In this document: piece after piece, positions 23,490 through 31,949 of the stretch
Layout of the letters: every line of letters starts with the position of its first letter
Numbering within the stretch: the stretch's first letter is position 1
From: Candidatus Saccharimonadota bacterium
Lineage (GTDB): Bacteria; Patescibacteriota; Saccharimonadia; Saccharimonadales; Saccharimonadaceae
DNA length: 32,000 nt
NCBI GenBank assembly: GCA_023898645.1
Contig: CP060232.1
Coordinates: forward strand, 270,001 to 302,000
Direction: 5' to 3'
Translations under genes and position numbers: made by a program
The notes under the pieces: model-generated
The model's database searches: none
What the model was told of the DNA's origin: nothing
The model's input: only the letters and a program-made list of their open reading frames with translations

Positions 23490-24371
23490 TTATTGCACGG
23501 GTTGAGTATTTGGTGCCGGCGTGGTCAGAGGCTGTTGTGTGTGCGAGCCGGACATATTATTTATAGTTCTTCCTGACAAAAACTGATAATCGCTGTCGAC
23601 TGGTTGCGCATTGAAATCGCATGCGTGGTTGTCTCGATACTGTTTACTGATTGTCATGTTGTCTAGATTGAAGCCCGCGGCTTTATACTCGGCAGCTACT
23701 TTAGGTGACAGGAAATTCGTAAATGGCATTAAATAATCGTATTTCGGCAGGGGCAGGAACGGCATTCCAAATAGTCCGCCGATATCCTGTACTAGCACGC
23801 CGCTGTCTAGGCGATGAAAAGCTATGTCAAAATCAGCAGCCCCACGCACATGAGCATAGGCGAGTAGCTGTCCGGCGTTTACCTTATTGCCAATTTTGGT
23901 GCCAGGTAGCGGATCCGTGTGAAAGAAGTTTAGAGCGTAGTCGGGCTGTTTAGCAGATTGTACATAAATCTGGTAAGAAGGCTGTCTGTCGGCGCCACCT
24001 TCTTGAAACATAAAAGCAATTTTTCCATCGAATGGTGCATAGATTTTGATTACATGCAGCTTATCTTTTAGGCTATCATCAGGAATTACATACATTTTCA
24101 TCGATCGTCCGCTTTCGATAATGCCCTGATCGTTTTTACCAGAAAAATCATGTCCACTGCAACTACGAAATTTACTGAAACCAATGATTTGACTGAGATC
24201 GACGGGATTTGCGGTGATGATTTTGGGTGGTTTTGGAAGAGCGGGTGAGTTTACGTAATATAGTTTTACAAACGATTCTGCAATTACGATGAGCAATAAA
24301 ATGATAAGTACGAGAAGTGATTTTAAAATAAATTTTCGTTTGCGATGTCGCTGTTCGATTCGTTTAGCCAT
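23490..24371 (-). CDS. Hypothetical membrane-anchored protein (weak LytM/M23-like motifs)
   Basis: 293 aa. Basic N-terminus plus a TM helix (LKSLLVLIILLLIVIA). IYAPFDGKIAF and IGNKVNAGQLLAYA resemble M23 barrel motifs, but I could not see the metal ligands (HxxxD, HxH) convincingly. Confidence 0.5.
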   Translation of the reverse strand: MAKRIEQRHRKRKFILKSLLVLIILLLIVIAESFVKLYYVNSPALPKPPKIITANPVDLSQIIGFSKFRSCSGHDFSGKNDQGIIESGRSMKMYVIPDDSLKDKLHVIKIYAPFDGKIAFMFQEGGADRQPSYQIYVQSAKQPDYALNFFHTDPLPGTKIGNKVNAGQLLAYAHVRGAADFDIAFHRLDSGVLVQDIGGLFGMPFLPLPKYDYLMPFTNFLSPKVAAEYKAAGFNLDNMTISKQYRDNHACDFNAQPVDSDYQFLSGRTINNMSGSHTQQPLTTPAPNTQPVQ

Positions 24372-24542
24372 GTTGCAAGTAGTATACTATTTATGCTTTG
24401 AGAAGTACTAGTATGGTGGCCTTCGCAGGTAAATTATATACGGTATGACTTCTCTATTTGCCCGCTCCGTCTTACTAGATAAAATCTCTCTTTTGTATTA
24501 ATCTGGCTGTAGAGTATAAACATAAACGAAAAGGCGTGTCTC

Positions 24543-25040
24543 ATAACTAAAAAATTTCTACATTATACGGGTCGATCAGGCTTTAGTATTTTAGAGCTCA
24601 TTATTGTGGTGACAGTTATAGGCGTACTCGCCGGAATTTTTATAGTTTCATATAGCGGCATCCAAGAACGCGGGCGTGATACACAACGTGAATCAGACAT
24701 GCTTGCCGTAAAGAGCCAACTTGAAGTGTATTTTAATGAAAACGGATCGTACCCTACTGCTCAAACAATGACAAGTTCTAACGGGTCTACGATAGCAGGC
24801 GGAAGTGGCATATTAAAGGGACTCAGTGCCGATGCGCTTGTAAACCCACTGGCATCAAGCGGGACGACAAATTCATTGATGGCAATATCAACGGGCAATC
24901 CTCCGAATGATGTCTATTGGTATCAGTCGTACGATAGCGACGGTTATACTATTTGCGGAACAGCACCGTGTGCAAAATTCAAACTTATGTATACAAAAGA
25001 AACTGACGGATCGACCGTTACGTTGTCGAGCATCAATTAA
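24543..25040 (+). CDS. Type IV pilin-like protein whose expected start position reads ATA (non-canonical start or pseudogene)
   Basis: The track starts at GTG 24606, which is inside the pilin helix. Upstream in frame (open from 24513) the sequence reads ITKKFLHYTGRSG|FSILELIIVVTVIGVLAGI, a complete prepilin leader and cleavage site. There is no ATG/GTG/TTG in that stretch. AAAGG lies 8 nt before ATA 24543. C-terminal Cys pair ICGTAPC. Confidence 0.55.
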   Translation: MTKKFLHYTGRSGFSILELIIVVTVIGVLAGIFIVSYSGIQERGRDTQRESDMLAVKSQLEVYFNENGSYPTAQTMTSSNGSTIAGGSGILKGLSADALVNPLASSGTTNSLMAISTGNPPNDVYWYQSYDSDGYTICGTAPCAKFKLMYTKETDGSTVTLSSIN

Positions 25041-26452
25041 TAGGAACGCTTGTACGAACTAACTGTCCATGAGAGAGTGCCGGGTTGGCTTGGGTCAATT
25101 TCGACACCCGAATGGATTTCGGCTGTACCGGTTAATTCCACAGTCTGCCCAATAAGAGCTCCGACATCGGCGGAGTTGTCGAGATTAACCTTTGTCCAGC
25201 GAGCGTAATATTGGGTTTTTAGCGAAGAAGTCGAACCATTTATCAATATAGTACGAAGCGACTTACTGTTGAAGAGGGCTGAGCCTGAAACATCACAACC
25301 ACTGGCAGTCACCGAGCAGGGGTCGGTACTGTAATAGGTAATGACCCTGAAACCAGTTCCGCTTGCATTGGGCGTCAGCTGACCGCTATTGAGAATTTGA
25401 AAACCTGTGCTGCCATCGATGAGAATATGCGGAGGTGTTGTCAGGCCGGCCTGTACGCGTAAGTGTGTCGCTCCAGAGACCGTCAGGTTACCGGTAATCC
25501 ATACATCTCCTGATACTGTGATAGAGCAACTGTTTTGAAGCGTTACATTGCCGATAATTTTTAAATCCGCAGGCCATGTTTTTGTAGTGGAGCCACTACA
25601 ACTAGCCGTGGCGCCTGTTTGGATTTGCCCTGGATTATTGATTGTTTGAGTTCTTGTGGCGCGGTCATCGGTCGGCAGGCTAGACGCTGCGACGGTCCCG
25701 GGGACAAGACCTGGGTTGGCCATGCCGGTGCCGCTTACTTGGTTATTAGCCTTCACCTGACCATAAATGTGTGTGCCCCACGAAGGAATATTAATTGGGT
25801 TTTCATTTTCTCCTGAGTTGCATATGCGCGGGAAGTCACTTCCGCCACTGACGGGGCAGGCTAAATTTGAAACATACGTATCAACGGGATTGCTGGCAGA
25901 GCCTATTTGTGACGTACCTGTCATGGTGATGGGACCATTCGAAAACGCGACTCCGCCACTAACTTTTGATGATCCAGACATATTAAGGCCGCCAACGCCA
26001 ATATATGCAGAAATTGTACCGTCGACTACCGAAGCGCCACTGCCTTTCATGCCGACTTGTACTTTGCTTGTTGATTTAGCGGTCGTACTTGTTGCCGGAA
26101 CGTATGTTCGTCCGTATGCTGTGATTGTTTTTGTCTGGCCGTCAACAGGCGTGGTGACGTCGATTTCATACGTCGTACGGGTTGTCGTGTCGTTGCTTAG
26201 CTCAACTTCACCCACTGGGGCCGTCCAGTCACTATTTGCAATCAGTTGCGTTACTGCGTAGTCCGCGCCTGAGTCGGCGGCTAGTTGTGACTGCAGTTTG
26301 TATGTATTGTGTTGCGTTAGGTTATTGTTTTGAACGACAATCTGCATAGTTGCCACCATGAGAAGTATGATAAACACCGAAGCAATCATCAGTGATAAAA
26401 CCAAAAAGCCCGATTCAGCAGAACGATAAGTAGAGCGTATGTGCCGGTTCAC
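25037..26452 (-). CDS. PilX-like pseudopilin N-terminus fused to a large Gly/Ser/Thr-rich (beta-solenoid-like) domain; putative pilus-tip protein
   Basis: 471 aa with a GTG start 1 nt after the upstream stop. N-terminus RSAESG|FLVLSLMIASVFIILLMVA (no Glu5). Repetitive strands such as IIGNVTLQNSCSITVSGDVWITGNLTVSGATHLRV. Confidence 0.7.
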   Translation of the reverse strand: MNRHIRSTYRSAESGFLVLSLMIASVFIILLMVATMQIVVQNNNLTQHNTYKLQSQLAADSGADYAVTQLIANSDWTAPVGEVELSNDTTTRTTYEIDVTTPVDGQTKTITAYGRTYVPATSTTAKSTSKVQVGMKGSGASVVDGTISAYIGVGGLNMSGSSKVSGGVAFSNGPITMTGTSQIGSASNPVDTYVSNLACPVSGGSDFPRICNSGENENPINIPSWGTHIYGQVKANNQVSGTGMANPGLVPGTVAASSLPTDDRATRTQTINNPGQIQTGATASCSGSTTKTWPADLKIIGNVTLQNSCSITVSGDVWITGNLTVSGATHLRVQAGLTTPPHILIDGSTGFQILNSGQLTPNASGTGFRVITYYSTDPCSVTASGCDVSGSALFNSKSLRTILINGSTSSLKTQYYARWTKVNLDNSADVGALIGQTVELTGTAEIHSGVEIDPSQPGTLSWTVSSYKRSY

Positions 26453-26453
26453 G

Positions 26454-27116
26454 TCAGGTGTTCCTCATCGATACACGAATGAAGTTAGAGATAACAGTGG
26501 GTTTGACGACGGAAGTGTCAGTCATGCTAAGTACGATTTTAACAGACCGAACTTTCGCAATGTCGGCGGTTTGGGTGCCGGTGTTGTCATAAAAAGTATA
26601 TGACACGGAATTGAAGTTATCGGTCAGTTTAACGTCGGCAGGACAATCGGGCGTTGTCGCCGCAGAGGGGCAACTTTGAACTATTACATTGCCTGGCGCT
26701 GATGTGTTCTTTAAAGTTCGTCTGTAAAGCTGCTGGCCGCTACTGTAGTAGATAATCTCATTTCTATAAGGTTCCCCGCTATTTGGATCAATGATGAAGT
26801 CACCGCTGCTATCTTGAGCGGGGATTGATAGTATCAAAACGTTTTCGGAGCCACCGCTTGTCCAGCCACTGGGCTGACTGGAGTCGTTAATGAGGTTGAT
26901 TGGATCAAGGCCGGACGCCATGCGGATATCTTCGGTGTATTTAGCAAGAGCTGCTTGAGAATCTAAGGACAAAGTAGCCTTGTGGTTATTTGAAGAAACA
27001 TCGACGTAAAATCGTAATGAACTAAATACTACAGGCGCAACTAATATACCGATTAGTGTGATGGTAATGACTAATTCGACGACGGTGAAGCCTCGCTCTG
27101 AAAAAGGTGCTATCAT
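26454..27116 (-). CDS. Minor pilin, PilW-like
   Basis: 220 aa. MIAPFSERG|FTVVELVITITLIGILV. ATGA overlap with the upstream gene (27113-27116). Confidence 0.75.
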   Translation of the reverse strand: MIAPFSERGFTVVELVITITLIGILVAPVVFSSLRFYVDVSSNNHKATLSLDSQAALAKYTEDIRMASGLDPINLINDSSQPSGWTSGGSENVLILSIPAQDSSGDFIIDPNSGEPYRNEIIYYSSGQQLYRRTLKNTSAPGNVIVQSCPSAATTPDCPADVKLTDNFNSVSYTFYDNTGTQTADIAKVRSVKIVLSMTDTSVVKPTVISNFIRVSMRNT

Positions 27117-27508
27117 TGCTGGCCAAGCCCATTTTTACTAATTAATGTAGTGTAATGAAATGTTTTTTGTTGCCCTTGCAGTGTATAGGCTATACTCACG
27201 ACAACTTTTTTTATGTCGGTACTCTCTGGGGTTATCGTTATGTCTGCTGAGCTTGGGGTCGATAACGTACTGGGAAGTTCATTAGAAAAATCAGTAGTGC
27301 CGTCTGAAAGGCTGGCGAAACCTTTGCTGCGTAAACTTTCTATTTTTTCCTCAGCGATGTTGTTTATAAGGGTGTGGTCAATGCTGGTTTTATTGACAAA
27401 TCCGGCCGTTGAAATCATGCCGACAATCGAAGGAATGATAATGGCAAATAGAGTAATCGCAATGACTATTTCTACAATCGTAAATCCTGTTTGTTGTTTT
27501 TTTGACAT
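27113..27508 (-). CDS. Minor pilin, PilV-like
   Basis: 131 aa. MSKKQQTG|FTIVEIVIAITLFAIIIPS. Confidence 0.8.
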   Translation of the reverse strand: MSKKQQTGFTIVEIVIAITLFAIIIPSIVGMISTAGFVNKTSIDHTLINNIAEEKIESLRSKGFASLSDGTTDFSNELPSTLSTPSSADITITPESTDIKKVVVSIAYTLQGQQKTFHYTTLISKNGLGQQ

Positions 27509-27579
27509 AGCACTATAGCAATAAGTTCTACTTATGCTTATATTGTACCATTTTTTATGAGGTAATTACTTGGAAGCTT

Positions 27580-27996
27580 TTATTTTTTTGCTCGCCATTT
27601 GGAATTGTCAAGCGCAAGCCATAGTAGCCACACGACAGGGACGAAAATAGCGAGTAGAACAAACCAGTCTTCCTTGCCAAGTTTTTTGCCTATGCGGTAT
27701 GCGGCTATGTATATAAAGACAGTCGAAACGATGTTAATAAACGGTAGTAGCCCAAGAATTGCCCAGAGTCCCCGCTGGTCTCCGATGACTAGAAATTTCC
27801 ATAGATTGTACATCGGCACCCACGCCGCCCATTGTGGTACTTTGGCTTTTTTGAAAATCTGACCAAGAAGGATTGAGGTTAGTATATAGCCCGCCGCGAA
27901 AATCATGAGCAGAAACAGAAACAGGACGCCCGTAAGTGCGACGGCTGCTGTCGTTTCGTATGACGTATGGATGTGATATTGATCTATGTTATGCAT
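27580..27996 (-). CDS. DUF5684-like small membrane protein
   Basis: 138 aa. IFKKAKVPQWAAWVPMYNLWKFLVIGDQRGLWAILGLLPFIN matches my recollection of the DUF5684 core (IF.KAG.P.W.A.IP.YN...L..I.G.P.WW). Confidence 0.55.
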   Translation of the reverse strand: MHNIDQYHIHTSYETTAAVALTGVLFLFLLMIFAAGYILTSILLGQIFKKAKVPQWAAWVPMYNLWKFLVIGDQRGLWAILGLLPFINIVSTVFIYIAAYRIGKKLGKEDWFVLLAIFVPVVWLLWLALDNSKWRAKK

Positions 27997-28064
27997 GAAT
28001 TCTCTATATTTTCCTTAAATTGCTTCGCTTTATTGTAGCATGTGCTTTATGGTACGCTAGACGC

Positions 28065-28877
28065 ATGGCAAGATCACTTAATGGACGCGAACTCGCAGAA
28101 TACGTACAAGAGCGTCAGGCACGTCAAGTACGTGCGCTGCGTCAGGCGCATAATATATTTCCGAAACTAGCGATTGCTCAAACAATTGATGACCCGGTAA
28201 TTGATTCTTATGTGCGTTTAAAACAGAATTATGGAACCGAGATTTTGATTGACGTAGAAGTCTACAAAGTTGACCAGTCGCAGCTTGCAGGAGTGATTGA
28301 TCGATTAAACAATGATCCATCCGTTCACGGCATTATCATCCAGCTACCACTCGCCGATCCATCGGCAACCCAAGAAGCTGTCGATTCGATTGTGCCCGAA
28401 AAGGACGTCGACGGCCTGGGCTCCAATGCGACACTGGACCCAGCCACGCCGACAGCGATCACATGGCTGCTAGCTGGGTACAATGTTGATTTGGCGAATA
28501 AAAAAATCGCCATAGTCGGCAATGGTCGTCTAGTTGGAAAGCCACTTAACAAGATGTGGCAAACAAGCGGTTACGACGTAACGGTTTTTGACGAAAATAG
28601 TGAAAACATGAATGAGCAGTTACCAGAGTTCGACGTGATAGTTACGGCGACGGGAGTGCCTGGACTTATCAAATCTGGCGTCATCAAACACGGCGCTGTC
28701 GTAGTTGACGCTGGTACGGCGAGCGAACACGGCAAGATTGTCGGTGATGTTGCGGCTGACGTACGAGAACGCGACGACGTGTCGATTACACCCATAAAGG
28801 GCGGTGTCGGTCCGTTAACCGTCACGGCATTGTTCGACAATGTCATCCGAGCTGCACAGGCTACGGAAGATTCATAA
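28065..28877 (+). CDS. folD: Bifunctional methylenetetrahydrofolate dehydrogenase/methenyl-THF cyclohydrolase
   Basis: Track ORF 28020 trimmed to ATG 28065 (MARSLNGRELAEY...), which has TGGTACGCT 6 nt upstream. Motifs SYVRLKQ, HGIIIQLPL, PEKDVDGL, IVGNGRLVGKPL and PIKGGVGPLTV. Confidence 0.9.
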   Translation: MARSLNGRELAEYVQERQARQVRALRQAHNIFPKLAIAQTIDDPVIDSYVRLKQNYGTEILIDVEVYKVDQSQLAGVIDRLNNDPSVHGIIIQLPLADPSATQEAVDSIVPEKDVDGLGSNATLDPATPTAITWLLAGYNVDLANKKIAIVGNGRLVGKPLNKMWQTSGYDVTVFDENSENMNEQLPEFDVIVTATGVPGLIKSGVIKHGAVVVDAGTASEHGKIVGDVAADVRERDDVSITPIKGGVGPLTVTALFDNVIRAAQATEDS

Positions 28878-28897
28878 AGTAAGCAACTTTTCGACTG

Positions 28898-29266
28898 CTA
28901 TAGTTCGAGTGCTTCTTTGACGCGAGCAACGACCTGGCTAGGCGTTAGCTCGGCTTTCACGATATAGCTATGAATTCCTAGCTCTTTGAGTTCTTTTGGA
29001 GACTCCTCGATACCGAGGTTTGTCAAAATGATGACGGGGATTTTAGCGCCCCAAGGCTGCGCACGTATATGGGCGAGTGCTTCATTGCCGGTCATTTCTG
29101 GCATCTGCAAATCAAGCAATACCATATCTGGCATAAATGATTTCACTAAGTCGACTCCAGACCTGCCGTTGTCGGCAAGTGAGACGTCGAAGCCGTCAGC
29201 CTCGAACTTCATACGGTACATTTGGCTGATTACAGGGTCGTCTTCAATGATTGCAATTTTGGTCAT
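28898..29266 (-). CDS. Single-domain response regulator (CheY-like receiver only)
   Basis: 122 aa. IIEDDP...DMVLLDLQMPEMTG...VIILTNLG...YIVKAELTP. It lies 40 nt downstream of the ABC ATPase on the same strand. Confidence 0.85.
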   Translation of the reverse strand: MTKIAIIEDDPVISQMYRMKFEADGFDVSLADNGRSGVDLVKSFMPDMVLLDLQMPEMTGNEALAHIRAQPWGAKIPVIILTNLGIEESPKELKELGIHSYIVKAELTPSQVVARVKEALEL

Positions 29267-29306
29267 GACCTAATTGTATCATCAATCTAACGTGTCGTCG
29301 CTAGTC

Positions 29307-30149
29307 TTATTGCTGAGGGTATCGGTCGAGTCTGTCGGTGTAATCCGTGTCGGCTACGATGCGCCCTTGATCCATCTCTATGATACGGGTTGCCAAAGAG
29401 TCTTCGTGTGTAACAGATATAACGGTCATACCGAAACGACGATTCAGTCGTTCAAGCATCTGGTTGGTTTCGTCTTTGAGTTTAGGGTTCAGGTTAGCAG
29501 TTGGCTCGTCGAGTACGACTGCATTTGGAATGCCGGTCAGAGCGCGAGCTATAGAAACGCGTTGTTTTTGCCCGCCAGATAGATCGCCAGTCTTTTTGTC
29601 TAGCATCATGTCGTCTAAACCGATTTGATAGTACACTTCATCAAGTGTTTCAAAATCAATCGGGATTTGTTTGAGTCGGGCAGGGATAAGGATGTTGTCT
29701 CGAGCTGTCATTTTGCCGTCGAGAAGCGGTTCTTGTGGCACGAATCCGATGTGCTGACGGAGGATATTATAGTCGTGGGGCAAAGAGACGCCGCCGTCAC
29801 CGCCTAGTTGCGGAGACAAGCTATAACTGACGTCACCGGTGTATCGAACTGGATTTTTCTTTTCAGAGAAGTGAAGACCTACGAGTGCTGCAGCCCCTGC
29901 GATTTTGTCGCGAATCGATTTTTCTAGGCGTCGCGGTTCGCGCTTTTCTTGAAAACGTATGCCACAAAGTGCCGTAGCTAGTAGTGATTTACCTGCGCCT
30001 GACTGCCCGTGGATGGCGACGAATTCACCTTGTCGGATGTTCAGAGTGATGTCGTCGAGCAAAGTTTCGCCCGCAGTTGTCGTTACTGATAGGTTTTTGG
30101 CATGTATGCCTAGTTTGTGAGTATTAGGGCTGTAGTCGGGATTTGTCAT
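29307..30149 (-). CDS. ABC transporter ATP-binding protein (MacB/LolD/FtsE-like) with an insertion after Walker A
   Basis: 280 aa. Walker A GQSGAGKS, Q-loop IGFVPQEP, signature LSGGQKQRVSIARAL, Walker B AVVLDEPT and H-loop VTHE. ATGA overlap with the permease gene (30146-30149). Confidence 0.9.
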   Translation of the reverse strand: MTNPDYSPNTHKLGIHAKNLSVTTTAGETLLDDITLNIRQGEFVAIHGQSGAGKSLLATALCGIRFQEKREPRRLEKSIRDKIAGAAALVGLHFSEKKNPVRYTGDVSYSLSPQLGGDGGVSLPHDYNILRQHIGFVPQEPLLDGKMTARDNILIPARLKQIPIDFETLDEVYYQIGLDDMMLDKKTGDLSGGQKQRVSIARALTGIPNAVVLDEPTANLNPKLKDETNQMLERLNRRFGMTVISVTHEDSLATRIIEMDQGRIVADTDYTDRLDRYPQQ

Positions 30150-31606
30150 ACGCCACTCCTCAGTTCTGCGGCACGGTCAATCTTGTCAATCATGCGATTT
30201 CTAAACACCGACGTTGCGGCAGTAGAAAGTGCAAGTGCGAAATAGCCGGCACCGACCGCCGAAACGTTGACCGCTTCAGCGATGCCAAACTGTGACGAGT
30301 TGTACACTTCTGCCAAAACGGCAGCGGCCGCGAGCGAAGGACCTGTTGCTACGAGAGTGTCTTTGTGAGCGGCGATGTTGTAGGATCGCTTGATTTGCTT
30401 TTTATCTACACCCTGACTTAGGAGCATGCCTATGTTTTTACGTCGCATCAAAATTTCAGACGTCTGCATGCCGGCGATTGCCGATGAGCCAAGTGCGAGA
30501 CTGGATAGGATGAGAATCATTTGAGGCGGCTTTACGCTATGATCCCAGAAATCTTTATAACGTTGCTCAAAACCAGCAAATGAATCGGCTTTGTAGACGG
30601 GGCTAATCTGCTCACGAACTTGAGCTTGTAGCTCAGCTTGCTTGCCGTCTAGACCGAGGGCCAACGCGCCAGAAATAGGTAGGCCAGGGTATAGGCATTT
30701 TTCAACCTGTTCGAGCGAACTGATTACCCCGACGCGATCAAGTCCTGGCTTTTGGTTAACCGTGCCAACGACGGTTGCTGAACGGTCATTTATTAGTGCT
30801 TTGTTTCCAACTTTGACGCCAAGCTGATCACCAACGATGATCGACATGTCGTCGCAGTTTTCAATTGCTGGCATAGAGACGCCAAGACTTTTCTCTATGA
30901 CTGCGTTCGGAACGGCGATAATTGGTGCGCTTGATGGATTGCTTTTTGCGTCAGGATTCTTAATGTCGCCAAGCGCAGCGATGAAAGGAACTGGAGTGCC
31001 ACCGTCTTTTATGATGATGTCACTTACGGCTGCGTAATCGATAGTTGTCGTATTAAGAGGAAGAACTTCCGAACCCATTATTAATGGCGTGTTGTTCATG
31101 TCGGCGCCCATCATTTCGGCCATACCTTTAATAGGCTCATTTGCGCCTTCGCTGGCCGCAAAGCCCAGCCCAGAAGCGCCCACGACGAGGCCCATTACAC
31201 CGGCAGTAAAGAGTCTTCGTCCGCGGCGACTTGTCTGATGAGTGATGTCGTGCATGGCTGCCAGTTGGCCGTCAGGATTGCGACGACGATTTAACCAAAG
31301 TGCACCACCGCCTACTAGACCGAGAGCGAGAACTGACGGACCATAATCACGTAGATCATCGGTCGCCGTAATAAGGGCTTCGGTGCCAGCTGAACTGACA
31401 CTTGGAGTCGGCGTGAAACCGGTGTCATTAAAGAAATCATGCGCTTGATGCGTATTTGCGCCTGCTAATACTCCTCCAGCTATCGCTACTCCGGCCATGA
31501 TTTTGGCCGTACGCGAAAAGCGGTGCTTTTCATTATTACGAGACTGCGTAGAATTTGCTTCAACTTTCGGAGCACGCTTCTCGGTAGATATTACTGCTTT
31601 TGACAT
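30146..31606 (-). CDS. ABC transporter permease, FtsX/MacB-type C-terminal domain with extended N-terminal region
   Basis: 486 aa. The C-terminal TM bundle has the FtsX-like loop ILMRRKNIGMLLSQGVDKKQIKRSYNIAAHKDTLV. There is a large central soluble domain and extra N-terminal hydrophobic segments. Confidence 0.7.
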   Translation of the reverse strand: MSKAVISTEKRAPKVEANSTQSRNNEKHRFSRTAKIMAGVAIAGGVLAGANTHQAHDFFNDTGFTPTPSVSSAGTEALITATDDLRDYGPSVLALGLVGGGALWLNRRRNPDGQLAAMHDITHQTSRRGRRLFTAGVMGLVVGASGLGFAASEGANEPIKGMAEMMGADMNNTPLIMGSEVLPLNTTTIDYAAVSDIIIKDGGTPVPFIAALGDIKNPDAKSNPSSAPIIAVPNAVIEKSLGVSMPAIENCDDMSIIVGDQLGVKVGNKALINDRSATVVGTVNQKPGLDRVGVISSLEQVEKCLYPGLPISGALALGLDGKQAELQAQVREQISPVYKADSFAGFEQRYKDFWDHSVKPPQMILILSSLALGSSAIAGMQTSEILMRRKNIGMLLSQGVDKKQIKRSYNIAAHKDTLVATGPSLAAAAVLAEVYNSSQFGIAEAVNVSAVGAGYFALALSTAATSVFRNRMIDKIDRAAELRSGV

Positions 31607-31781
31607 AATTAATAAGCTCCTAATTAAAGTAAATTATAATACTATATACACAAAAAAGCAAGCACTTTAAATACATATAACTATTGATTTTGTAAGTAAA
31701 AGTTGTATAATAATTAAAGTAAGCCTTTGCTTGCAAAGCAGATTGGGCGGTTTGCCCATGTACTTTGAAAGGACTCCACCT

Positions 31782-31949
31782 ATGGTACCGCATGTAGGTC
31801 TAGAAGCGTACCTCGTAGAGCGCTATATGGCGTTTTTGCGAATCGTTGGCAATGTCAGCGAAGCGATTACGACCGTTCAGATTCGAATGGATGAGCGACC
31901 ACGTGCAGCGAAGTCACTGATGAAGCGAATCACAAGGAGGAACAAATGA
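31782..31949 (+). CDS. Small hypothetical protein (55 aa)
   Basis: ATG 31782 is preceded by GAAAGGA 8 nt upstream. Its stop overlaps the next ATG as ATGA (31946-31949). No family recognised and the start could be further upstream (31758 or 31731). Confidence 0.35.
   Translation: MVPHVGLEAYLVERYMAFLRIVGNVSEAITTVQIRMDERPRAAKSLMKRITRRNK

Noticed and set aside
27509-27579. Possible invertible or phase-variable promoter upstream of minor-pilin module 2 (imperfect inverted repeat ATAAGT-tct-ACTTAT)
   Set aside because: The inverted repeat has only a 6-bp arm. There is no flanking recombinase and no homopolymer or dinucleotide tract of meaningful length.
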